Source: an uncultured Solirubrobacterales bacterium (lineage in GTDB: Bacteria > Actinomycetota > Thermoleophilia > Solirubrobacterales > Solirubrobacteraceae). Taken from it: a DNA stretch of 64,000 nucleotides. A program made the translations under genes and the position numbers. The notes beneath the pieces were generated by a model. The model had not been told where the DNA came from. It saw only the letters and a program-made list of their open reading frames with translations, and ran no database searches. The stretch is from the NCBI GenBank assembly GCA_963774785.1, contig CAVZGH010000001.1:1862811-1926810 (forward strand). Direction: 5' to 3'. Positions within the stretch are counted from its first letter, which is position 1; each line of letters starts with the position of its first letter. Shown here one piece after another: positions 9,001 through 16,981 of this stretch.

Positions 9001-11285
9001 CAAGTTCAGGGACGGGCATTGAAGGCGCACACGACAGCCAGGTCATCTACTACACACCAAGCACCGAAGCTAGCGTCGTGATCTGTCAAAACCACCCCCA
9101 ATGGGCCAACCTTCCTTGCGAGACCCAACCAGTACACCAGCCAGAAGTCTCAGGGATGCCAGAAGTGCCGGTGACCACCTACACTTACAACATCTGGGAT
9201 CAGCCCGAAACCACAAAGAGCACCAGCGGTGCCTCTACACGGACCGAGACCGACAGCTACGACGCAGCTGCTCGGCCGTTGACCAAGGAAATCTCATCTT
9301 CGACAGGGACCGCGCTACCGAAGGTTAGCTACAAATACAATACGACAAACGGCACCCTGGAAAAGGAAAGCACAGGTACAGGCAGCGAAGAAAAGACAAT
9401 CACTAGCGAATACAACACGCTCGGACAACTAGGCACATACACTGACGCTGAAGGCAGTACGACCACGTACGAATACGAAAAAGAAGGGGACGCACGTCTC
9501 ACAAAAGTCACCGACGCCAAGGGTAGTCAAACATACGCTTACAACGCAACGACCGGCACCATCAAAGAACTAACAGACTCAACCGCTGGAAAATTCGCAG
9601 CCACCTATGATATCGAAGGAAATCTGGTCAGCGAAGAACTACCAAACGGAATGAGCGCGACGACTACCGCAAACTCGGTTAGGGAAACTATTGGCCTTGT
9701 ATACAAAAAGACCACGCACTGCACGGAAAAATGCGAATGGTACACCGACAGCGTTATCCCTTCCATTCATGGGCAATGGCTCAGTCAGACGAGCAGCTTA
9801 TCCACATACAACTACAACTATGATGAAACCGGCAGGCTCACTCAGGTACAGGACACCCCGGTAGGCAAAGAATGCGCTACGCGGATCTACGCGTATGACG
9901 CCGACGGAAACCGCACGAGTTTCACCAAACGAGCGCCGACCGGCGGCAAATGCGCCACCGAAGGCGGCGAAACCGAAACCCACACCTACGACACAGCAGA
10001 CAGGCTGATCGATACCGGCACCGCCTACGATCCATTCGGCGACATCCTGACGCTTCCCGCTGCCGACGCCGGTGGTAGCAAACTCACCAGCGCCTACTAC
10101 GCAGACGGACAACTCGCAAGCCAGGAACAGGGCGGACAGACGATCGGCTACCAACTCGATCCCGCCAAACGCACGAGAGAGACTGTCGCGACCGGCAAGG
10201 CAACCAAGAATACAGTCGACCACTACGACGGGCCAGGCACGATGCCATCGTGGATGTCCTACCCCCCCTCAAGCGAATGGACCCGCGACATCTCGGGAAT
10301 CGCAGGCAGCCTCGCAGCCGTTCAGTACAACACGGAAACACCGGTCATACAGATCTCGAACCTCCACGGTGATATCGTTGGAGAAGTGCCTGATAGCGAA
10401 ACAGCAACGGGACTAAAAGGTTCGCCGCAAGACACGACGGAGTACGGCGTGCCCACCACTTCAGAACCGCTCAAATACGCGTGGCTCGGTGCTGGCGAGT
10501 TCCCCACAGAACTACCATCGGGCGTAATGCAAATGGGTGCCCGTTCCTACGTGCCACAACTCGGGAGATTCCTGCAGCCCGACCCGCAGCCAGGCGGATC
10601 GGCCGATGCGTATGCCTATACGCATGGGGATCCTTTAAATGAATCAGACCCAAGCGGCGAGTGGAGCCTAAACGAGACCTCCGGCGGACTGTCATCCGTC
10701 GGTATCGGCGAAGGCGAACAGCTGGCCGGCGGCGTCGGCATCGCAGCTGGAGCCGTCATGCCGCTTCCGGTCAACGCCGCAATCATGGCAGCCTTCGAAG
10801 CGGACCCGCCTTGGGACCAGGTGACCGCTGGTAACGAAGAATACGAAGAATACGAAGAATATGAAGAAGAAGAAGGGGAAGAATACGAATACGCCAGCTA
10901 CAGGCCGGAAGCTGAAAGCGGCAAGGAAGAACGCCACGTCGAATCAGGGGTTCTCTACCAGCCATTAGACGGCGAAGCCACCAGTGAAGGTGCGACCCAC
11001 TCTGGCTCCGCTACCCCACTGTGCGAATCAGTCGCAAGCGGACCATGCGCGTACTCCGTGCCCAACGACAAAAATAAAAACGTCAACTCTAAGTGCAACG
11101 AAACCGGTCAGGATTGCGGGCGCCGCCGCAGCAGACCCAGTCGTAACGAAGGATTGAAAAATGCGTGTGAGATAGTTGGAGTAGGGCTTGATGTTGCTTC
11201 GGCGGCTGATATACCTGCAGCAGTAGCGAGGGTAATACTAGGAGGTGGCGTCAGTGCGAATGTCGCCTGTAGACAAATTGGGTAG
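3039..11285 (+). CDS. Secreted RHS/YD-repeat protein with Ig-like domains, DUF6531-like region and two Vgb-like beta-propellers
   Basis: ATG 3039 after G-rich RBS; signal-peptide-like N-terminus; YD repeats; about 42-aa GPDGNLWFT repeats at ~6520-7385 and ~8145-9000; RHS core RSYVPQLGRFLQPDP...YAY..GDPLNESDPSG. Confidence 0.92.
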   Translation: MRAAVRLVVVGLVGCVTGLSGLPALASGAGSSSGNSVGSPESLGTALVVPAAQKLDEGQQIREGREAKLANPEAVAERERSRTAFGALSGSEAIALAEQKFGIETPRWTPPGSQEGAHITKYVGEDSAQQTSASGQHLLLESSIPLRSAVGSGELAPVSLTLKEHGTSWTPANPLVSVSISKSAEGGVSLPVGVGIAPEQASSPEAAEVVGNRVIYPGTAKDTDFMVEPLPSGVDTSWQLRSQLSSQENGLVFTLPEGASLQLSTKVPGGAEIVKEGQALAVIPPALATEANGVSIPVTYTISGNILTTHVDLSGSIDFPVLVDPTIVGYFGATNGSNLWSGWKTQSNCGCFGESEWSSLLLANANPGSPYEAYAEWYVWAPGAGAPGGAGITRADITGLGHYTGTEETTLEVGIDESNGNNPVYSFNGTYGAYGPDPLQTDEPEGDIPAAFCAQGAGGHDGGEQPLCDESYSGTNFSISDEIVSSPQVYYTDVEMSGASLVYLDTTPPTEATLRNLPSQWVKAGPTNDYISSGDQGVGVQALSVEIPPGHTSEGHPFFAQEFSCGANGFTGCPQSVNSEYVPHLNELATGAYTLGVYAYDAAGNIREEQPDPKLYVDHTAPTFTAFTGSLKEANGGVIGSGNYTLNFGAEDGSTGAPQSGVKSIKVYVDGSKVNEVKTSCSEPIGVPSSGCFALSSSWTMEGQKFGAGAHTITLTAVDWAGNESTSESIHVTVNEASYQPLGPGAVNLKTGDYKLTASDINIAGAGGSLTLSRAYDSRELSQGAAGPLGPQWALSLPDAPADGEWQSLQVLPNGSVQTTAASGNKVTFVPSGSGYTSPASYQTITLSKLSSSEYRLTDGNGDATIFTKASSTEEEAPIFVPSGVVQATGAGGLNSMTYLFTKTTAGIIEPTGVLAPYPSSLKCSEKLTKKEELVTGCRALEFFYAEATKEKIGENETEWGEYKGRLKAVKFVAYEPISKKMAAPITVAEYVYDKLGRLRAEWNPQLSTPLKTIYGYDSEGHVTVVTSPGQQPWVFTYGTTAADSSTGRLLKIMRPAVSTSAWSGVLPVNTTEPKLTGSAVVGNKLSVSEGKWSGAPLTYGYQWERCTGGSCVAIPGANNQSYTPVTSDIGHTLVAHVTATNAGGSVTAASAVSGGVGSTAEITEYAVPANSQPYELALGPDKNVWFADLATAKIGKTTTSGSTTEYSLAASSEPTGIVAGSDGNIWFTEFGANKIGKITTSGTVSTYTIPTSGSEPLGIAAGPGGEAALWFTECAANKIGKITTSGTITEYTVPGGGNPREITAGPDGNLWFTQTSGSKIGKITTSGTVTEYSLPAESVPYNITAGPDGNLWFTDEGTSKIGKITTAGTITEYSLPTGSTPIGINSGPGSDLWFTEDGGNKIGKITTSGAVTEYPVPTSASGAWDITTGADGNLWFTERSSSKIGTLDPTKVEGEHTSPAPGWTVDYNIPLSGTGLPTMTKAEVEKWGQKEDLPVEGTAIFPPDKLQSWPASEYTRATIYYLDGSERTVNVSSPTGGISTTEYDNHNNVKRALTADNRALALKEAKPSEAAEKLDTKSTYNAEGTELERTLGPEHEIKLQGATEAIKARKQVKYTYNEEGAPSGGPYRLVTKTVEAAKLANGEEKEPRTITDSYSGQEGLGWKLHQPTSTTTAPGGLNLVHSTVYSPTTGAEIETQMPTAAGQIAEYALPSNSDPQGIAKGPDGNLWFSDYGSSKVGKITTSGAITEYSLPSGSEPRGPVTGPDGNVWFIDYATSKIGKITTSGTITEYALPAGSEPSGITAGPDGNLWFVNDGTSKVGKITTSGTITEYALPAGSNPHEITTGPDGNLWFTDATSGKIGKITTSGAITEYALPSGSSPHEITSGPDGNLWFADNGTNKIGKITTSGTITEYALPPGSGPNGIAAGTDGNLWFTDSESNKIGRITTSGTVTEYALPAGSGPHEMTSGPDGNLWYANYSTSKIGKIKPSSGTGIEGAHDSQVIYYTPSTEASVVICQNHPQWANLPCETQPVHQPEVSGMPEVPVTTYTYNIWDQPETTKSTSGASTRTETDSYDAAARPLTKEISSSTGTALPKVSYKYNTTNGTLEKESTGTGSEEKTITSEYNTLGQLGTYTDAEGSTTTYEYEKEGDARLTKVTDAKGSQTYAYNATTGTIKELTDSTAGKFAATYDIEGNLVSEELPNGMSATTTANSVRETIGLVYKKTTHCTEKCEWYTDSVIPSIHGQWLSQTSSLSTYNYNYDETGRLTQVQDTPVGKECATRIYAYDADGNRTSFTKRAPTGGKCATEGGETETHTYDTADRLIDTGTAYDPFGDILTLPAADAGGSKLTSAYYADGQLASQEQGGQTIGYQLDPAKRTRETVATGKATKNTVDHYDGPGTMPSWMSYPPSSEWTRDISGIAGSLAAVQYNTETPVIQISNLHGDIVGEVPDSETATGLKGSPQDTTEYGVPTTSEPLKYAWLGAGEFPTELPSGVMQMGARSYVPQLGRFLQPDPQPGGSADAYAYTHGDPLNESDPSGEWSLNETSGGLSSVGIGEGEQLAGGVGIAAGAVMPLPVNAAIMAAFEADPPWDQVTAGNEEYEEYEEYEEEEGEEYEYASYRPEAESGKEERHVESGVLYQPLDGEATSEGATHSGSATPLCESVASGPCAYSVPNDKNKNVNSKCNETGQDCGRRRSRPSRNEGLKNACEIVGVGLDVASAADIPAAVARVILGGGVSANVACRQIG

Positions 11286-11313
11286 TGGGATCCTATCGAT
11301 TGTGCGCCGAGTC

Positions 11314-11529
11314 ATGTTCCCACGGTCAGGCGCGCCATTGGGGCACGTACGTAGGTGGCTTCTGGCGGGAACGCGTCTCTGCACTCTTGCGATCGGCATA
11401 TCTCTGATCTTTGACGTACGCCACTGGTACTTTTGGATTCCGATTGTGAGCGGTATAATATTCCTTCTTGCCGATCTACCACTTGCCTATAGGGAAAAAA
11501 GACTTCGGTCGGCTGGTCCAGGCACGTGA
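11314..11529 (+). CDS. Small two-TM protein, candidate RHS immunity protein
   Basis: Directly downstream of the RHS stop; two hydrophobic segments; same AT-richer composition. Confidence 0.45.
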   Translation: MFPRSGAPLGHVRRWLLAGTRLCTLAIGISLIFDVRHWYFWIPIVSGIIFLLADLPLAYREKRLRSAGPGT

Positions 11530-11704
11530 GCAGCCATCGGCTGATGGCTGCTCACGGCAGCCGCGCTACGCGGGCAGTCACGCTGTTGTCTACGCCAAGG
11601 TCACGTCACACACGGCTGTCGGCCGACAGAAGTAGTTGCGATTCGCAGGGGCAGCTACGATTCCGCGGCCCAGAATTGGTAGACGAAATGAGCTATCGGG
11701 TTAG

Positions 11705-13340
11705 CCCGGATTCGTCACTAGCGGTGCGGGACGTGGGGTCGCCGAACGGCTGAAACGTCCGCCTGGGCGGGGAGGATTGCGGTTGCGAAGCCAGCAATCC
11801 ACCCGCTCAGGAGGTTCACCTTGAAGGTGATCGGAAGTGAGTCGTTTAGAACGGTAGATGTGGTCGCGGACGGCACGGGCTTGTCCTCTCGCGTGGGGAG
11901 CGCGCTGCTGGCGCTCACGGCGCAGCGGCTTGGCCTGACCGGCGGCCTGAGCGGGGCACTGATCGGGACTCGTCAGCGTCGTTCTGCCCATGATCCGGGC
12001 AGGGTTTTGTGATCTGTCGGTCATGGCAGCCGACGGCGGACGGTGTGTCTCGGATCTCGCGGTGCTCGCGGGACAGCCCTCGTTGTTTGGGAATGTCGCG
12101 TCTGTGCCCACGGCCAGGCGAGTGCTGCTCTCGATCGGACCCACGGAGATCGACCGGGTCCGCCAGGCACGCGCGCTCGCCCGCGAGCGGGCGTGGAAGG
12201 CCGGGGCAGCACCCAGCCGGGTGATCCTCGATTTCGACGCGACTCCGATCAGTATCCCTTCCGAGAAGGAACTGGCGGCTGGGCACTATAAGGGCGGGTT
12301 CGGCTTCAACCCGCTGCTCGCATCCTGTGGCCGAGAGGTCCTCGCCGGGGTTTTGCGGCCGGGGAACGCCGGCGCGAACAACGCGCAGGATCACCTGAAC
12401 GTGCTGGAACTCGCGCTCGAGCAACTACCCGAGAGCGCCCTGGGCGGTGAGATTCTCGCCCGCTCGGATTCCGCCGGCTCCAGTCACGCCTTCGCGTTTG
12501 GGTGCCGGGAGTGCCGCATCTGTTTCTCGCTGGGCTACGCGATCAACAACACCGTGCGCGAGCAGATCCTCGCTCTCCCCGAGGGCGCTTGGACGCCAGC
12601 GGCCAACCAGGACGGCAAGCCACGAGATGGGGCATGGGTCGCTGAGCTCACTGGCCTGGTGAACCTGGATTCCTGGCCCACGGGAACCCGGCTGATCTGC
12701 CGCCGCGAGCGTCCACGCCCCGGCGCGCAGCTCACCTTCACCGACCTGGACGGCCATCGCTTCCAGTGCTTCATCACCGACCAGCCCGGCCCGGACGTCG
12801 CCGCGCTCGAGGCTCTGCACCGCCAGCACGCCGAAGTCGAGGACCGCGTCAAGACACTCAAGGCCTGCGGCGCCGGGCACCTCCCGTTCCAATTCTTCCA
12901 GGCAAATACGGCGTGGTTCGAGCTCGCGCTGACAGCCCACGACATCCTCGTCTGGACACAACAGCTGACCCTCTACGGCGAGCACGCCACCAGCGAACCC
13001 AAGCGGCTGCGCTACCGCATCCTGCACGTCGCCGGACAAATCACCCGCCACGCCCGACGCACCACACTGCACCTCCCGCCGACTGGCCCTGGGCCAGCGC
13101 GATCCTCCGCGCGTTCAAGCGCCTGCAGGCGCTTCCCGCCTACGGCTGACCGCCCAGCCCGCTTACCAACCGAGTATCACCAGGCCGGAGTCCTCGCTCG
13201 ATGCTGCCCAAAAACGCGAGCCCGGCGACCAGCACCGGCGCGAAACCCACACCGCGCACCCCGCACCACCACCCGGCGACTGCCACTTCCCCGATCTCAT
13301 CCAAAAACCACGCGCACTTCACCTTGATGACGAATCGAGG
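11705..13340 (+). mobile_element. IS1380-family insertion sequence
   Basis: Terminal IRs CCCGGATTCGTCA (left) and CCTCGATTCGTCA (reverse complement of right end); flanks TTAG / CTAG; encloses a DDE transposase. Confidence 0.85.
11821..13149 (+). pseudogene. IS1380-family transposase (frameshifts near 12008 and 13077)
   Basis: TTG start after AGGAGG; HDPGRVL / DLSVM..GG, LDFDAT, LRPGNAGAN, RSDSAG, EDRVKTLK, PKRLRYRILHVAG and DWPWA motifs split across three frames. Confidence 0.85.
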
Positions 13341-14444
13341 CTAGGCGATCGCGCCAAGGCTCACCACACGCGGATCGTCGCGGTACTTCGCGGCGAAGCT
13401 CGGCGGTACCACCTGTACGCGTGCGGGAACTTCTCGCAGATCGATCTGCTGCAGACGTCCATCTTCCGTGAGCAGCGTCGAGAAGACCCCGTCGTGAGCG
13501 GCACTGTAGAGATCGTCAAATGCAACGCTCGTATACTCGTGAAACACCGCCGTGAACTCACGTGCCACGAACGATCGCATCGCCGGGCGGCGAGGTGCTG
13601 GCTTCGCATCGACGATTACCGGCTCGATCACGTCGATACCGCCCATTGGGATCGTGAGCAACGCGAAGCAAACGCCGAAGCGCATCGCCCTATACGCCGC
13701 ATGGGCCGCAACCTCCGGGAACTGCGCCGGATGAAGGTCAAGCTGGTCGGCTAGATCGAGATAAGGATCACTGAAACGGTTGATGATGCCCCAATCAAGG
13801 AGCGACGAGACCACGATGGTCGGTCCAATCCGCAAAGCGAGAAAGGGCGCGGCTTGTAGATCGCGGTAGTCGAACCCCTCCTCGCCGTTCGCGGGCACCT
13901 GCGAGCAGAAGATTCGCGGCGAACCAGGTGTGCGGCCAAATCGGACTCGCCTGCGGGTGGCCTGAAGGACATGGTGAAGTTCGGATTGTCGTGCGAGTGC
14001 GGCGCGGTCAACGATAGTGGCGCCCTCTGGGTCGCGCCGGTTCCGGGGCAACACCAGCTCCTTGAACTGAAGCCCATAGTAGATCTTCGCCATCTAGAGG
14101 CACAGGAGCGTCTGGTCTAGCGCACGCACGGCCTTGGTGCCTTCACGGAAGGCGTGTGCAAGTTGATCCTCGACCGTCGCAAGCCAGAACTCGTTGCACT
14201 CCTTGCAGCTTGGGATGGTCAGCTGCCGATAGCGGATCGACGTTCCGTTGCGAAGGAACATGCGTTGGTTCCAGAGATTGAAGTCCTGTTGTAGCCACTT
14301 CGCGAACACATGCTCCACAGTGCGATTCGAGGCGTTCAGGGAGACCCCGCACAAGAAGCAGTGCTCGTGATCGAGCGCCATGTCCCGGTCTGTGCGATAA
14401 GCGAGGAGCGCCAATTCTTCGGGAGTCGTTCGCCGGAGCCGCAT
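13341..14444 (-). pseudogene. HNH-like (CxxC...EH...CxxCN) protein interrupted by an in-frame TAG
   Basis: ORFs 14094-14444 and 13341-14093 are in frame and separated only by TAG (LLCL*MAKIYYG, probably TGG>TAG); CFLCG, TVEHVFAKWL and CKECN motifs. Confidence 0.7.
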
Positions 14445-14869
14445 CTGCTCGAGCGTAGTGCACGGGCTGGCGCGCAGCCCAGCGGCGTTCGCATCGTAAA
14501 GTGCAGTCGAGCCACCGTTATCACACGGTCGGCCGCTCGCTTCTACTTGGCCGGCGAAGCGGAGCAGTCGCCCGCCGCTGCTGGATCTGAGGAACAGCAG
14601 GACCCTGGTCCGGGCGGCCCAGACTCCTCCTTTGCGGCGATGTAGAAGCCCGAAACGCTAGCGCTGGCACGTCGCCTGGGACGATGGTCACGCGAGCCTC
14701 TGAGGAGCTTCGCTCTATAGCCGGGTGAGCGCGTTGTCCATCGAAGTGCCATCGACTACCGAAACTCGCTGGCCGTTTTGGGCCTCTCACGGTCATTAAC
14801 AGTATGCGCAGCGAACAACCGAAACGGGCCGTACCGTTCAAGTCCGTCGAGCCAGGAGACCCTGGTCCG

Positions 14870-15082
14870 ATGAGCAAGCGTACCCGTCGCGACGTGCCGT
14901 GCCTTGCCCTCAACCAGCAGGAGGCGGCTGTGGCGCTCGGCATGTCGGTCGATCACTTCGAGCGCCACGTCAAGCAGGATCTCCCGGTCGTGTACTCAGG
15001 CTCGCTGCGGCTCTATCCGCTCGCTGGACTCCATCAGTGGCTTGCAGACAATGCGCTCCATCGGGGGCGGAAGGTATCGTGA
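14870..15082 (+). CDS. Excisionase-like HTH protein
   Basis: AGGAG upstream; LALNQQEAAVALGMSVDHF...LRLYP...LHQWL; GTGA overlap with the integrase-like ORF. Confidence 0.75.
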   Translation: MSKRTRRDVPCLALNQQEAAVALGMSVDHFERHVKQDLPVVYSGSLRLYPLAGLHQWLADNALHRGRKVS

Positions 15083-15320
15083 GCCGGGTGCCGAGAGACA
15101 CGAAGACACGCTTTCAGGGCGTCTACGCGCGCCACAAGACAGGCTGCCGTATCGAGGCCGGCGAGCCTTGTTCATGCTCCCCGTCGTACTGGGGCAAGGT
15201 CTGGGATCGCGCTCACGGACGGCACGTCAAAACAACGTTGCTTCCCGCCGCCAGCGCGGCCAGCAATGCCAGGAACGACCTGAAGGAGAGTCTCAAACGC
15301 GGGATCGTCTCGACGAACAC
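15079..15320 (+). pseudogene. N-terminal fragment of a probable tyrosine integrase, truncated by IS3
   Basis: GVYARH..GC......CSC.PSY..KVWD..GR....T....SAA..AR resembles the arm-binding N-terminus of actinobacterial integrases; follows an xis-like gene; ends at the IS3 IR. Confidence 0.6.
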
Positions 15321-15367
15321 TGGTCTTCCCCCGGTTTCGTGGAGGGGTTTGCGCTTGAGGGGCTTGC

Positions 15368-16249
15368 CTAGTCGTTGTTGTTTGTGTGTGTGATCTTCTC
15401 GTAGTCGGTGGGGGAGAGCATTCCGAGTGTGGAATGTCTTCGCTGCCGGTTGTAGAAGCCCTCGATGTAGTCGAAGACCTCGCTGGTGAGCTCCCGGCGG
15501 GTGGGCCAGGAGTGTCGGTGCACGAGCTCCTTCTTCAACGTGGCGAAGAAGCTCTCGGCGACGGCGTTATCGAAGCAGTCGCCCTTGGATCCCATCGACC
15601 GGGCGATCCCGGCATCGCCAGCTGTCTGGCCGAACGCGAGACTGACGTATTGCGATCCCTGGTCGGAATGATGAATCAGACCGGGTGACGGTCGGCGACG
15701 GCTGATAGCCATCTTCAGCGCGTCAACGACGAGCTCGGCCTGCATGTGGTCGGCCATCTGCCAGCCGACGATCCTGCGACTGTAAGCGTCCTGCACGGCG
15801 GCGAGGTAGAGCCAGCCCTCCCACGTCCGCAGATAAGTCACGTCGGCGATCCAAAGGATGTTCGGTGCGGGCGGCGTGAACTGACGTTCGACGAGATCGT
15901 CAGCGACCCGCACGCCGGGCACCCGGATTGTCGTGCGGCCCCGCTTCTTGGCCACCAAACCCGAGATCCCGGCCTGGCGCATGAGACGCTCCACACGCTT
16001 GCGTGATACCTGGATGCCATGCGCCATCCGCAGCTCCGCGTGGATCCGCGGAGAACCGTAGACCTGCCGGTTATCGGCGTGGATTTGCTTGATCTTCTCG
16101 AGCAGCCACGCGTCGCTGAGCGCCCGGTCGCTCGGCGCTCGTCTCACCCAAGCGTGATAGCCGGATTCAGAGACGCCGAGCAGCCGACACATGAGGGAGA
16201 TCTTCGCGCCGTGGGCCCTCTCCGCCGAGATGTGCCGGTAAACACTCAC
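15368..16249 (-). CDS. IS3 transposase OrfB (DDE)
   Basis: YGSPRI, WIADVTY, HHSDQGSQY, DNAVAESFF and YNRQRRHS motifs; GTGA overlap with orfA. Confidence 0.93.
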   Translation of the reverse strand: MSVYRHISAERAHGAKISLMCRLLGVSESGYHAWVRRAPSDRALSDAWLLEKIKQIHADNRQVYGSPRIHAELRMAHGIQVSRKRVERLMRQAGISGLVAKKRGRTTIRVPGVRVADDLVERQFTPPAPNILWIADVTYLRTWEGWLYLAAVQDAYSRRIVGWQMADHMQAELVVDALKMAISRRRPSPGLIHHSDQGSQYVSLAFGQTAGDAGIARSMGSKGDCFDNAVAESFFATLKKELVHRHSWPTRRELTSEVFDYIEGFYNRQRRHSTLGMLSPTDYEKITHTNNND

Positions 16250-16551
16250 CGGGTCTCGGGCTCCCTCACGAAAAGGGCCGTGGCGCGCTTGAGGATCTCC
16301 TTCTCCTCTTCCAGACGCCGGACCTTCCGACGCAGCAACCGGAGCTCCTCCCGCTCTGCGCTCGTCAGCCCGTCATCGCGCTCATGCAAATCGAGCTGGC
16401 GTCGTTTGACCCACACATGCAGCGCCTGCTCACTGCAACCCAGGCTCGCAGCGACATCTTTCACCGACCGGCCACCACGGACCAGCTCAACCGCCTCACG
16501 GCGAAACTCCTCGGGATACGGCGGACGCGACCTCGGCACGATAAGCACCAT
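16246..16551 (-). CDS. IS3 transposase OrfA
   Basis: YPEEFRREAVEL HTH and leucine-zipper-like LEEEKEILKRA. Confidence 0.9.
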   Translation of the reverse strand: MVLIVPRSRPPYPEEFRREAVELVRGGRSVKDVAASLGCSEQALHVWVKRRQLDLHERDDGLTSAEREELRLLRRKVRRLEEEKEILKRATALFVREPETR

Positions 16552-16608
16552 CCTTTCGCAGACCGGCCACTCAAGCCATCAACTCTCCGTCAAACCGGGG
16601 GAAGACCA

Positions 16609-16972
16609 GTCGGTCTCAGACGACGAGCAGGAGCGGCGCTTTGAGAAACGGCTGTCCGATCCGCGCAAGCGCTGGAAGTTCAGCCCCACCGACCTGCAGG
16701 CCCGCGCGCGCTGGGTCAACTACGCCGAAGCGAAGGACCGGATGTTCGCCTACACCGACGTCGAGCACAGCCCCTGGTATGTGGTCGAGGCCGACGACAA
16801 GCGCACCGCGCGGCTGAACCTGATCAGCCACCTGCTCTCGATCGTCCCCTACGAGCACGTCCATGAGGACAAGCGGCCAAAGCTCCCGCCCCGCCAGAAA
16901 CGCAAGTACCTGCGCCCGCCCAAGCGCACCGAGCGCGTCGTGCCCGAGCGCTACGTCGTCACCTCGCGCTGA
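16609..16972 (+). pseudogene. ppk2: Polyphosphate kinase 2, 3' remnant
   Basis: SVSDDEQERRF..R..DP.KRWKFSPTD...WYVVEADDKRTARLNLISHLL; the 5' part is missing, replaced by IS3. Confidence 0.85.
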
Positions 16973-16981
16973 GGGTCCTCC

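Larger units (their letters stand above)
15321..16608 (-). mobile_element. IS3-family insertion sequence
   Basis: IRs TGGTCTTCCCCCGGTTT at both ends (TG...CA), 1288 bp, orfA/orfB; no target-site duplication. Confidence 0.93.

Noticed and set aside
16019-16972. 317-aa ORF as an intact protein
   Set aside because: The N-terminal part is antisense IS3 sequence; only the last ~120 codons are ppk2.
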